From the IMG/VR virus record IMGVR_UViG_3300021431_002946, positions 353,291 to 417,290 of that record: 64,000 nucleotides of DNA; one strand, written 5' to 3'. Source of the stretch: a virus. Lineage: Duplodnaviria; Heunggongvirae; Uroviricota; Caudoviricetes. Within the stretch, counting starts at the first letter, position 1. Each line of letters begins with the position of its first letter. The notes below the pieces were generated by a model, which did not search any database, was not told the origin of the DNA, and worked only from the letters and a program-made list of their open reading frames with translations. Below are positions 27,125-37,394 of this stretch, piece after piece. Position numbers and translations under genes: made by a program.

Positions 27125-29226
27125 TGGGTAAGAAAAATTTGTATGATGAATTTAGTATTATCACAGAAGATAGCAGAACCTTTTGTCGAAGAGTTCCAGC
27201 AACTTATTTGGGAAGCCAAAAATATAATACTAATCTCATCAAAGAAATCTTTGCAAACTCAGTTGATGAATTTGCAATAGGTCACGGTAATAAAATTGAT
27301 ATTACAATTGACACAAGTAAAAATATGTACTGTGTTGAAGATAATGGCCAAGGTTTCTTAGTTAATGCAGGTATTGATGAAGATGGAGAAACAATACTTC
27401 AAAGATCGTTTGATAAACTCAATACTTCAGGTAAATCATCTGTAAATGGCGTTTATAATGGTACTGCATTAGGTTTGAATGGTATTGGTGCAAAACTCAC
27501 CAACTGGTTGTCACTTAAATTGAATGTTATTACATATAGAGATGGTGAGTTTGAGGAACTTAATTTTAAAGATGGTATTTTTAAAGATCGAAAAGTTGGA
27601 AAGACTAAACATGAGTCAGGTACAAAGGTAACTTGGTACCCAGATCCGCAATTCTTTAACGAAAATACTCCTGATATTAATTTGTTAAAAGCACATTTTG
27701 ATATTATTACGTCACTTTGTCCAGGTCTTACAATTAATCTTAATTATAATGGTAAGACAACTACATATTATGAACCAGGCGGACTTAATTCTTATGTTGA
27801 TCGTAAGGTTAAAGGTAAAGAATTATTTACAAATAGATTTATAATGGATAGAACTATTGATGTAAATTATTATTCTCATCCTAATTATTCTGGACTTATT
27901 TTGAAAGATAGTGATTTTAATAAGAATAATGAATATATTTATGATAGATCTTATGAATTAAATGTTGGTGAGAATACAAGTTCAACACCTGAGCCTAAAA
28001 AGGTAGTTCAAACTATTAAAAAGTCTGAATGTGAAGTTATTACAAGACAAGAGAAGCTTAATATTTGTATGACATATACGTCTGATTATACAGAAAATAT
28101 TGATGCATATGTAAATCTTGGTCATACAGATTCAGGTGCTCATATTCAAGCATTCCATACAGCATTTGTTAGAGCAGTTAATAAATATGCAACTGATGTT
28201 AATTTACTTAAGAAGAGTGATAAGAATTTTAGTAGTCCTGAAATTTCTGAAGGTCTTTATGTAGTATTTAATATGACAACTACAACAGCAAAATATGATG
28301 CTCAGAATAAATCTCGTATTGATGATATTGATTCAAGAGTTATAAATGCAGTTGTTGGTGGCGACTTTGCTACTTGGTTAATGAATAATCCAAGCGATGC
28401 TAAGATTATTGTTGATAGAGCTTTAACTGCAAGAAAAGCTAGAGAAGCAGCTCAAAAAGCAAAGGAAAAGATTAGAGATGCTTCAAATGGTAAAGGTGCA
28501 AAATCAATGTTTGCAGATCTTCCTACAAAGCTTTCTGATGCATATCCTAAGAATAAGAAAGATAGAAGTAAGTGTGAGCTGTATATTTGTGAAGGTGATT
28601 CAGCTGCATCTTCTATCAATGCTGTAAAAAATTCTGAGTTCCAAGCTACATTCCCTATAAGAGGTAAAATATTAAATTGTCAAAAAGCAACTGCAGATAA
28701 GGTTTACGGTAATGCAGAAATTGCAAATATTACTAAAGCACTTGGTCTTGAAATTGATAAATCAACAGGCAAGTTAATTTATGATTTAAAGAAGCTTAGA
28801 TATGACAAGATTATAATTGCATCAGATGAGGACGTTGATGGTCTTGATATTGCAAGCTTATTAATTACTGTATTTAACTGGATTTGCCCAGAATTAGTTG
28901 AAAATGGTCACATTTATCACGTTCATGGTGCATTGTTCAAAGCAATCTTTAGTGATAAAACATATCAGTTATTCCAGACAGAACAAGAACTTGAAGCATG
29001 GAAAAAGAAGAATAAGAAACCTTATACACTAACACGTGCAAAAGGTCTTGGTGAGCTAACTAAGGAAGAAACTAAGGAACAGTTAGTCAATCCTGCAACT
29101 AGAAATCTTCATAGATTAGTTGTAGATGATGTTGATGAATTTAATAAATATCTCGACATGGCTAAAGGTCCTGATGTTGGTCCTCGTAAGGAATTTCTTG
29201 ATGAACATTTTAATGATTATGATTGA
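27124..29226 (+). CDS. gyrB: type IIA topoisomerase B subunit (GyrB/ParE-like)
   Basis: ANSVDE, DNGQG, GLNGIGAK GHKL motifs; EGDSA, PIRGKILN, DEDVDG Toprim. Confidence 0.93.
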   Translation: MGKKNLYDEFSIITEDSRTFCRRVPATYLGSQKYNTNLIKEIFANSVDEFAIGHGNKIDITIDTSKNMYCVEDNGQGFLVNAGIDEDGETILQRSFDKLNTSGKSSVNGVYNGTALGLNGIGAKLTNWLSLKLNVITYRDGEFEELNFKDGIFKDRKVGKTKHESGTKVTWYPDPQFFNENTPDINLLKAHFDIITSLCPGLTINLNYNGKTTTYYEPGGLNSYVDRKVKGKELFTNRFIMDRTIDVNYYSHPNYSGLILKDSDFNKNNEYIYDRSYELNVGENTSSTPEPKKVVQTIKKSECEVITRQEKLNICMTYTSDYTENIDAYVNLGHTDSGAHIQAFHTAFVRAVNKYATDVNLLKKSDKNFSSPEISEGLYVVFNMTTTTAKYDAQNKSRIDDIDSRVINAVVGGDFATWLMNNPSDAKIIVDRALTARKAREAAQKAKEKIRDASNGKGAKSMFADLPTKLSDAYPKNKKDRSKCELYICEGDSAASSINAVKNSEFQATFPIRGKILNCQKATADKVYGNAEIANITKALGLEIDKSTGKLIYDLKKLRYDKIIIASDEDVDGLDIASLLITVFNWICPELVENGHIYHVHGALFKAIFSDKTYQLFQTEQELEAWKKKNKKPYTLTRAKGLGELTKEETKEQLVNPATRNLHRLVVDDVDEFNKYLDMAKGPDVGPRKEFLDEHFNDYD

Positions 29227-29246
29227 TATTAAGTGAGGAAATTATT

Positions 29247-31328
29247 ATGACTAAAAGAACTTCAAAAAGTACAGACGTTGAAATAGTTGAAAAAGAACCT
29301 ATTTTGATGCCAATTACTGAAGAGCTTTCAAAGAATACAGTATTATACGCTAAAGACATAAACAAAAATAGAGCCTTTCCACATGAATTATCTGGTATTA
29401 AACCAATTGGTGCTCATGCTTTATGGGCAATGTGGGTAAAAGGTAGAAAGTTTAATAAACCTTATACAAAGTCTGCTACTATTACGGGTGAAGTTATGAA
29501 TTATTCACCTCATGGTGACTCTTATAGTTCACTTGTAAGACTTTGTCAAGATTTTACATATCATATTCCATATCTTGATGGTCATGGTTCATTTGGTTCT
29601 GTTATAGGTGGTCCAACTGCAGCTTCTGCAAGATATACAGAAATGAGACTTAGTGAATTTATTCAAGATGTTCTCTTCTATAATACAAAGTTATTAGATA
29701 TGGGAATGAACTATCTTGATGCTGATCCTGAGCCTATTCTTGAAACTTGGGTAGCATTATTACCTTTACTTTTTATAACAAATACTTCTGGTATGGGTTA
29801 TACTGTTTCAAATACTTGGTCTTCAGGTAATCTTTTTGAATTCAGAGATCAGTTAGTTGAATATCTTAAAACAGGTAAAGTTGATTGTTCAAAAATTTAT
29901 CCTGACTTTCCAACTGGTGGTATTATTATCAATAAGTCTGAAATGAAAGAACTTTATGAAACAGGTAAAGGTACAATCAGACTTAGAGGTAAGACTGAAA
30001 TAGTTGGTGATACAATTAGAATTTTGTCACTTCCTTACCAAACATATCCTGAACAGTTTATGGAAGATGTTAAGAAATATGTTACTGGTACTCAAACAAC
30101 AATTACTGATGTTGCAAATAGATGTGGTGACGATAAATTCTTAATTGAAATTGAATGTGAACCTGGTACTGCTGAATATGTAAGAGAAGTTCTCTTTAGA
30201 AAGACTTGCTTACAGGTAAGTATTTCTGATGAGCATAAAGCTGTTACTAAAGCAGGTAAACCTGAACTTATTACATTCCCAGATTATATGAAAACTTTCG
30301 TTGATGCTAATATTGAATTAGTAATTAAAGAAGCAAAACTTAATCTTTCAGAAATTATTGATAGATTAGAATTAGTTGATGGTTTACTTAATGCACTTCA
30401 AATTATTGACGAGATTATTAAGACAATTAAGAAATCAAAGTCAATGGATGATGCAAAGAATGCTATCATGAAGATGCCTAAGTATAAGTTTACTGAAAAG
30501 CAAGCTGATTATATCGTACATACTCCTCTTGGTAGATTAGCAAATCTTGAACAAGTTAAACTTCAAGATGAACAGAAGGAACTTAATAAACAAAAAGCTA
30601 AGATGGAAGACCTTATTGTTAATCCTAAATCTCAGAAGAAATATTTCCTTGACAGATTTAATAGATTGGTTGACAAATATGGTTGGCAAAGAAAAACTGA
30701 GCTTACAGATATTGAGATGCAAGATCTTAGAGTTGCTGTTGATAAACCTGAAAAACTTGCTAGACCTAAGAAAGAATTCTTTGTTGTTCTTACAGATGCT
30801 GGTACACTTAAGAGAATTGAAGTTACTAAGTTTAGATCTACTGGTGAAGATAGTAAAAATATTAAGGTTCAAGGTAATCAAAAGGTTACATTGGTTACAG
30901 ATAAAGGTAATATGTATAAAGTTATGTCAAATCAGATAAGTATATGTTTACCTGCTGCAGCTGGTACGCCTATTAAAGATCTTAGACCTGAAATCAGATC
31001 AGATGAAAAAGTTCTTGCAATTTATGATGAATCTGTAACTGCGCCTTACATTTATTTTGTTACTCAGAATGGTATTGGTAAGTGTGGTAAGGTTAAGGAT
31101 GTAGTTGGTCTTAGTAAAAAGATTGGTGCTACTGTATGTGGTCTTAAGAGTGATGATGATAAGATTATTGCAATCAAATTACTTAATGATAAAAATAAGA
31201 TTGAAATCATTACAAATAAGAGAAAAGAAGTAATTGAACCTGGTAAAGCTCAAGGTAGAGGTTCTGCAGGTAAGAAGATTATTTCACTTAAGAAAGGTGA
31301 AACTATTATTGAGGTTCACTCAATTTAA
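29247..31328 (+). CDS. gyrA: type IIA topoisomerase A subunit (GyrA/ParC-like)
   Basis: SGIKP, YSPHGDS, DGHGSFG, SARYTE catalytic Tyr, PDFPTGG; short CTD; start re-assigned after RBS GAGG. Confidence 0.93.
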   Translation: MTKRTSKSTDVEIVEKEPILMPITEELSKNTVLYAKDINKNRAFPHELSGIKPIGAHALWAMWVKGRKFNKPYTKSATITGEVMNYSPHGDSYSSLVRLCQDFTYHIPYLDGHGSFGSVIGGPTAASARYTEMRLSEFIQDVLFYNTKLLDMGMNYLDADPEPILETWVALLPLLFITNTSGMGYTVSNTWSSGNLFEFRDQLVEYLKTGKVDCSKIYPDFPTGGIIINKSEMKELYETGKGTIRLRGKTEIVGDTIRILSLPYQTYPEQFMEDVKKYVTGTQTTITDVANRCGDDKFLIEIECEPGTAEYVREVLFRKTCLQVSISDEHKAVTKAGKPELITFPDYMKTFVDANIELVIKEAKLNLSEIIDRLELVDGLLNALQIIDEIIKTIKKSKSMDDAKNAIMKMPKYKFTEKQADYIVHTPLGRLANLEQVKLQDEQKELNKQKAKMEDLIVNPKSQKKYFLDRFNRLVDKYGWQRKTELTDIEMQDLRVAVDKPEKLARPKKEFFVVLTDAGTLKRIEVTKFRSTGEDSKNIKVQGNQKVTLVTDKGNMYKVMSNQISICLPAAAGTPIKDLRPEIRSDEKVLAIYDESVTAPYIYFVTQNGIGKCGKVKDVVGLSKKIGATVCGLKSDDDKIIAIKLLNDKNKIEIITNKRKEVIEPGKAQGRGSAGKKIISLKKGETIIEVHSI

Positions 31329-31338
31329 AAATAATAAT

Positions 31339-31374
31339 AACTCTAGCTGTGTAAAAGCAGCTAGAGTTTTATTT
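31339..31374 (+). terminator. intrinsic terminator
   Basis: AACTCTAGCTG-tgtaaaag-CAGCTAGAGTT plus T-rich tail. Confidence 0.85.
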
Positions 31375-31389
31375 AAAAGGATAAAATAT

Positions 31390-31818
31390 ATGATTAATAC
31401 ATCAACTGTTTATTTAGGTGTAAGTAGTAATAAAGTTGTATATATTATTACTGAACCTAATGGAAATAAAAATATTTATTATTTAGAAAATAATAGAACT
31501 TATGAAGGTAATTTAACTGAACAATGTAAAAAATATATGAGAGACGTAATTGAAGAAATTGTATCTCATATTTATACTGATACAATTCATTTGTATGCTA
31601 ATATATGGCATGGAGTATTTGATTTTTCTGGAATAAATAAAAAAATTTTAACAAAAAGAGATTTTGCTTTAATGGGTCGACAAACTCCTATAAGTGCAAT
31701 TCGTCTTATGGATTTAGTAGATGAATTAGCACATGCTGCAAATAATATTGAATTTACAGATTATAATATAATTTTAGAAGATTTGTCATACTTATTTGAT
31801 ATAGATAAGAATAAATAA
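31390..31818 (+). CDS. hypothetical protein
   Basis: RBS AAAAGGA before the ATG at 31390. Confidence 0.6.
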   Translation: MINTSTVYLGVSSNKVVYIITEPNGNKNIYYLENNRTYEGNLTEQCKKYMRDVIEEIVSHIYTDTIHLYANIWHGVFDFSGINKKILTKRDFALMGRQTPISAIRLMDLVDELAHAANNIEFTDYNIILEDLSYLFDIDKNK

Positions 31819-32059
31819 CATATAGAGACAACAATTATAATAACATGATAGTATATTTAATTAATAATATTATATATTATTATTACTTGTAAATTTTTGC
31901 AAAAATGAGATTATTTTTTGAAAAATATATTATATTCAAATTAAGGAAAATGAATATACTTCTGATTAACAAGGTTGATCCATGTGATTATCAAAATTGA
32001 TATACAAATAATATAAAATAAATTATAATAAAATAATTGAGTAAAATAAGGAGTTAAAA

Positions 32060-33370
32060 ATGGATTTAGTACAAAAGAATAGAGAAATGCTTTTGGCTGG
32101 TAAATATAATATATCAGACACAAGGCAATTGTCTAGAATTGCAAGTCTTAAAGAACCAAATGATTATGACTTGTATTTAATTGCATGCGCATTATGTAAT
32201 TATGATATTCCAGAAATAGTAGAAGTTCAAGATTTAAGAATGAAATATTTTACTATTACTAAGAACTCAGGTCTTGATTATTCTCATGTACCTAGTGATT
32301 ATGGTAATATTGAAACAAAATTAAAGTGCACAAATACTGGACGTATAAACAATTATGGTTTATATGAATATGAAATTAATGTAAATGATAGAGATTTAGT
32401 TTCTGATCTTTGGGAATATAAGAGCAGAGATTGTCTTAAGTATGTTGATAATAAGAATGCAGATAAGATTGTTATTTCAATTAGTAAAAATCAGTTACAA
32501 AATTTTCAAAATATGCTTGATAAATTGAATATTTCATATAATAAGAAAAATCTTGAGGAAGGTATTATATATACAAATAAATCGACACAAAAATTAATTG
32601 ATATAAATAGATTAAGCCCACCTTGGGAACCTAAAGATTACCAAATAGAGGACGCTACTGCAATTCTCAAAACCAAAAGAAAATTAATAGGCCATGAGAT
32701 GGGATGTATATTTGGAGACGCAATTGTTTCTATAAAAGAAAACAATAATTATCAAAATATTACTTTGGCTGAATTATTTAATAAGTTTAATGAAAATTCA
32801 AATATTTATATTGAATCATTTGATATAAATCAATTTAAATATATGAAAATTAAAAATGTATTAGATAAAGGTAAGCAAAAAGTATTACAAATAAAAACAA
32901 CTAATAATTCTCTTATTTGTACATTTGATCATGAAATTTTAACAATGCGTGGTTGGGTAGAAGCACAAAATTTAACTACAAATGATTTAGTATATGTAAA
33001 AAATGAAAATACTAATTGTGAAAAAGTTATTGAAATTACAAAATTAAATGAAGAAAAGACTGTATATGATGTAGTAATTGACAGTCTTGATGTACATAAT
33101 TTTGTTGCAAATAATATTGTAGTACATAATTGTGGAAAAACATTTATAAGTATTTTAGTTGGTGAAAGTATAGGCGATTCTAAAAATGTAACATATCATA
33201 CAACAGATAATTTAAATTATGATGATATTGTTATTACAGACAAAGGACCTTTACCTATTGGAAAAATTGTAGAAGAAAATATTGATTGTAAAGTTAAAGT
33301 AATTAAAAATGGTAAAGAAACATTTGTAAATATTTTAGATCGAAAGTGTATAGAAGAAGATGATTTGTAA
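32060..33370 (+). CDS. SNF2-like helicase, N-terminal fragment (with mini-intein and intein-like tail)
   Basis: PKDYQ Q-motif, GHEMG|intein|CGKT Walker A. Confidence 0.85.
   Translation: [436 protein letters not shown]
32705..33130 (+). mobile_element. 142-aa cis mini-intein in the helicase Walker A (no endonuclease)
   Basis: C1 (CIFGD), block B TFDH, block F VYDVV..HNFVAN, VVHN followed by Cys+1. Confidence 0.93.
33209..33370 (+). other. degenerate split-intein N-like segment
   Basis: [29 protein letters not shown] resembles the DnaE intein N-terminus [30 protein letters not shown]; Asn at the C1 position; no TxxH. Confidence 0.65.
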
Positions 33371-34274
33371 TATTTGCAAAAAAGATTTTAAATCTAATAG
33401 AAGTTTAGGTATTCATATTGTTAGTACACATAATATGACTACTAAACAATATTATGATTTATATCTTAAAAAAGAAAATGAAGGTGCTTGTTTAAATTGC
33501 AATAAGCCTACTCAATATAGAAATATTACAAAAGGATATAGATTATTTTGTTCAAAAAATTGTTGCAATACTTCTGACTATCATATAACAAATATGCAAA
33601 ATACAATTATTTCAAGATATGGTGGAATGGGTACTGCATCTAATATTATAAATAATAAAATAAAGAAAACAAATATTCAGAAATATGGATCTGAAAATGT
33701 ATATTCGTCTGAATATGGAAAAAATAAAATAAAACAAAGTAATCTTGAACATTTTGGAGTGGAATGTAGTTTACAATCTCCTATAGTACGAGATAAAATT
33801 ATACAGACGTCTTTAAAAAAGTATAATACTACAAATCCTGGAAATTGTAGACAAGGCAGACAAAAAGCTGCATATACAAGAAGAGCAAATGATAATGATT
33901 CATCTTGGGAAGATTATTTTGAAATACAGTTAAAACAAAGAAATATTACATATAAAAAGAGATATAATTCTGATTCACGTTATCCATTTATGTGTGATTT
34001 TTATTTACCTAATTCAGATACTTTTATTGAGATAAATGGTTATTGGAGTCATGGTAAACATTGGTTTAATAAAAATTCAAAAGAAGATGTAAAAAAGTTA
34101 TCTAGTTGGATTGAAAAAGCAAATAATGGTCATAAACAATATAAAAATGCTATTAACGTTTGGACAATTAAAGATGTTAAAAAGCTACAAACTGCAAAGA
34201 AAAATAAATTAAATTATATTGTAATTTGGAAATTTGAAGATATTGATAAATTTTTTAGTAATTTGAAAGGATAA
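33360..34274 (+). CDS. free-standing homing endonuclease (C2H2 finger + PD-(D/E)xK/Vsr-like domain)
   Basis: CNIC..HIVSTH, CLNC, YPFMCDFYLP..FIEINGYWSH. Confidence 0.8.
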   Translation: MICNICKKDFKSNRSLGIHIVSTHNMTTKQYYDLYLKKENEGACLNCNKPTQYRNITKGYRLFCSKNCCNTSDYHITNMQNTIISRYGGMGTASNIINNKIKKTNIQKYGSENVYSSEYGKNKIKQSNLEHFGVECSLQSPIVRDKIIQTSLKKYNTTNPGNCRQGRQKAAYTRRANDNDSSWEDYFEIQLKQRNITYKKRYNSDSRYPFMCDFYLPNSDTFIEINGYWSHGKHWFNKNSKEDVKKLSSWIEKANNGHKQYKNAINVWTIKDVKKLQTAKKNKLNYIVIWKFEDIDKFFSNLKG

Positions 34275-35564
34275 ATGTATATGAAAAAATATTCATTAAC
34301 TTTAGAAAATGCAGATACATTTAGTGGAAATAAATTTTTACATATACCTAAATTAGTTATTTGCCCTGAATCACTTAGATTAAATTGGAAGAAAGAAATT
34401 AGTACAATTTGTCCAAGTGATGATGTTCAGGTTCTTTATAGTAAAGATTCACCTCATTTTGGTAAAGACTGGACAATTATTGGTTATAAATCTGTTCAAA
34501 AGTTTTTACCTAATCTTAAACATTTTAAATGTATATTTGTTGATGAATGTCAGAATTGTAAATCTGTAAATAATTGGGGTAAGCCTACTTCAAAGAGAGC
34601 AGCTGCAATTATGGAATTAGCACAATCAACAGATCATTTATATTTATTATCAGGAACACCTCTTCCTTCGCATAATAAGGATTTATTTAATATTCTCAAA
34701 ATGTTAAAGTGTGAAAAATATGACTTTAATAGTCAATGGGCATTCAAGCATTTTGCAGATAAATTTTGTGATCCAAAGGAAACACCTTTTGGTAAAGATT
34801 ATAGTGGTAGTTCAAATTCTGCAGAATTACATGAATTATTACAATCCTTAATGGTTAGAAGATTAAGAAAAGACGTATTGCCTAATCTTAAGAAACAAAG
34901 ACAATTTATTCCTATTGAACCTGCATTTAAAAAGGATTATAAGGATATTGAAAAGAGATTATATACTCAAGGTAATGGTGATACTTACATGGCTCTTGCT
35001 ATGACAGGCAGACAATTACTTAGTCAGTATAAATTTGATGCTGCAGTTGAATTAGCTGATAGTTTATTAAATAGTGATGAAAGTGTAGTTATTGTAACTA
35101 ACTTTGTTGAAACTGCAGATAGACTTAAGGAATATTATGGAGATCAAGCTTGTGAAATTCGTGGTGGTATGACTGATAAACAGAAAGAAAAAGCTAAAGA
35201 GCAATTTCAAAATAAAGAAAAGACAGTTTGTATTTTGAATATGGCTGCTGGCGGAGTTGGTATTACACTTACTGCTGCGCATGCAATGGTTGTTGTAGAT
35301 TATGCTTGGATTCCAGCTGATATGATTCAGGTTGAAGATAGAATTTGTAGAACAGGTCAAACTGAAGAATATTGTATATATTATTATGTATATTGTGATA
35401 ATGCAATTTTTGATAATGTATTTATCAATATGCTTACTGAAAAATCAGAAAATATTGATTTAGTAGTAGATAATGCAAAAAATACTTTTAATTTGATTAA
35501 AGAAAAAGAGAAGTCTGATACTTATATTAAGGCTCTCAAAGCATATGTTAAGAAAGCAGCATAA
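34275..35564 (+). CDS. SNF2-like helicase, C-terminal fragment
   Basis: own RBS AAAGGA; LVICPESLRLNW, VDECQ, LLSGTP, MVRRLRKDVL, GVGITL, QVEDRICRTGQ. Confidence 0.9.
   Translation: MYMKKYSLTLENADTFSGNKFLHIPKLVICPESLRLNWKKEISTICPSDDVQVLYSKDSPHFGKDWTIIGYKSVQKFLPNLKHFKCIFVDECQNCKSVNNWGKPTSKRAAAIMELAQSTDHLYLLSGTPLPSHNKDLFNILKMLKCEKYDFNSQWAFKHFADKFCDPKETPFGKDYSGSSNSAELHELLQSLMVRRLRKDVLPNLKKQRQFIPIEPAFKKDYKDIEKRLYTQGNGDTYMALAMTGRQLLSQYKFDAAVELADSLLNSDESVVIVTNFVETADRLKEYYGDQACEIRGGMTDKQKEKAKEQFQNKEKTVCILNMAAGGVGITLTAAHAMVVVDYAWIPADMIQVEDRICRTGQTEEYCIYYYVYCDNAIFDNVFINMLTEKSENIDLVVDNAKNTFNLIKEKEKSDTYIKALKAYVKKAA
34281..34343 (+). other. degenerate intein C-like segment
   Basis: MKKYSLTLENADTFSGNKFLH resembles blocks F/G (YdlxVe..hnF..N..lxH) but has no terminal Asn or +1 nucleophile. 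Confidence 0.45.
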
Positions 35565-35577
35565 GAAAGGATTTAGT

Positions 35578-36351
35578 ATGAATAAAAGAATTATTACAAG
35601 CTTTTTGATTACTAGCCTGCTGTTTTCTTTAACTGCATGTAAGAAAAATAAACCTATTGAAACTACAATATCTGAAATAACTACTATTACAGAAGAAACA
35701 ACTACAGTTGAAACTACTGCTGAGACTACTGCAGAAATATCTAAGTCACGCTCTCCAGAAGTTATAATTGATACATCAGTTGAAACAGATCAAGAATCAG
35801 CGGTTATTGGTAAAACTACAGTAACAGATCAATATAAAAAGACATTTAAAAATGAAATTTTAGGTAAAGTTACTGCAAGAATTCCAAAAGTAATAATTGA
35901 AGGTATAGATACAAAAGAAATCAATAGTGAAATTTTAAAGAGCATTAGCAAAAAAGCAAAAGGTAATAAATGTAGTTATCAGTATTATATTGGTAAAGAT
36001 TATGTTTCTATTATTATTGAAATAGATGATAGTGGTATTGATCTTGAACAACATTATATTTATAATATTTCAAGAATAACTGGTAAAAAGTTAACTCAAG
36101 CTGAAATGTATACTGTTCTTGGAATTACTGAATCATCTTACAAATCAAGAGTAAAAACTGCAATTAAGAAAATGTGGAAGAAGAATGGCTGGATTACAGG
36201 ACAAAAGAAGTTATATAATAAAGCCATTAGTAATAAAACAATAAATAAAGCAGTCCTTTATGTTAATAAAAAAGGTAAGGTCAGTTTCTTAGTTAGAAAT
36301 ATGAACTTAGGAGCTGGAGCAGATGGTTATGATGTCTTAGGCACCTGTTAA
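35578..36351 (+). CDS. lipoprotein with T/E-rich linker
   Basis: signal peptide with lipobox LTAC; start re-assigned after RBS AAAGGA. Confidence 0.8.
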   Translation: MNKRIITSFLITSLLFSLTACKKNKPIETTISEITTITEETTTVETTAETTAEISKSRSPEVIIDTSVETDQESAVIGKTTVTDQYKKTFKNEILGKVTARIPKVIIEGIDTKEINSEILKSISKKAKGNKCSYQYYIGKDYVSIIIEIDDSGIDLEQHYIYNISRITGKKLTQAEMYTVLGITESSYKSRVKTAIKKMWKKNGWITGQKKLYNKAISNKTINKAVLYVNKKGKVSFLVRNMNLGAGADGYDVLGTC

Positions 36352-36372
36352 CTATAATAGGAGAATAGTTAT

Positions 36373-37383
36373 ATGAAAGATGATAAATTTGATTATGGTT
36401 CAAAATTAGATGAAAAAGATTTTGAACAAAAAACTGCAAAAGTAACTAAAATTTCTGAAGACGTATTAGATGATGTACAAAATGAAGAAACTGATAAAGA
36501 AGAAAATAATTCATTATCTGGTATACGTCCAAAGATGCTTAATAAAGATTCAATATTGACAATAGTTGCAACTTTAGTTCTTGCATTATTAATTATTGGT
36601 ATTGCTTATTTAAGAACTAAGAAAACTATTGATGATAATAATAAAGTTATCGAACATAATTATGCAGTTAATACTACAACAACTGAATCTTCTGAAGAAG
36701 ATGAAACTACAAAAGATTATGGTAAAAATAATGATTTAATGGATCGTTATTTAAAAGGTACAACTGTAGATGAACCTTATCCTGATGATTATTGGGAAGT
36801 TCAAAATGAATCAGGAAAAGCAAATGAAAATGAAGAGCATTTAACTCAACTTTATTTCAATATTACAAATGATAAGTATTATAATCATCATTTATTAGAT
36901 ATTGATACTTTAGCAATTGATGGTAATCTTGTTGATTTTCCAAATACTTATGAATATTTAAAGAAAATATTTGGTGAATTTACATTTGATTATCAAACTT
37001 ATGGTGAAAATTTTAATGAAAATTCTATAGTTGAAGATGAAGTTGAAGTTACTGCTGAAGGTAAAACAGGTATTGGTGAAATAGTTCTTACATTTAGTTG
37101 TGAAGGTACACCAAAAGCATTAAAAGATTGTAAATGTTCTGAAGTTCAATTAACAAGTTTTAATTATTATTCAGATAAAAAGAATATGACAATTGCTTTA
37201 CCTGGTAATGTTAAATTTGGTGATAATTATGAAACTATAACAAATAATTTTCCATTTATTGGTGAATTGATTAGTTCAACTGATAATTCATTTACAATAG
37301 AGTATTCCACTTCTCAAGGTTATAAAGTATACTTAATAGGTGATATGGGTGGATTAACTCAAGTTATTATAAAATATAAGTAA
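36373..37383 (+). CDS. single-TM membrane-anchored protein
   Basis: one TM helix, acidic extracellular domain. Confidence 0.7.
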   Translation: MKDDKFDYGSKLDEKDFEQKTAKVTKISEDVLDDVQNEETDKEENNSLSGIRPKMLNKDSILTIVATLVLALLIIGIAYLRTKKTIDDNNKVIEHNYAVNTTTTESSEEDETTKDYGKNNDLMDRYLKGTTVDEPYPDDYWEVQNESGKANENEEHLTQLYFNITNDKYYNHHLLDIDTLAIDGNLVDFPNTYEYLKKIFGEFTFDYQTYGENFNENSIVEDEVEVTAEGKTGIGEIVLTFSCEGTPKALKDCKCSEVQLTSFNYYSDKKNMTIALPGNVKFGDNYETITNNFPFIGELISSTDNSFTIEYSTSQGYKVYLIGDMGGLTQVIIKYK

Positions 37384-37394
37384 AGGAGGTATTT

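Noticed and set aside
31820-32050. Replication origin in the AT-rich intergenic gap
   Set aside because: No iterons or DnaA boxes were recognised; AT-richness alone is not diagnostic in this genome.
33131-34350. Group I intron interrupting the helicase
   Set aside because: Flanks of the HEN are fully protein-coding, the C-fragment has its own RBS, and no P7/catalytic core sequence was recognisable.
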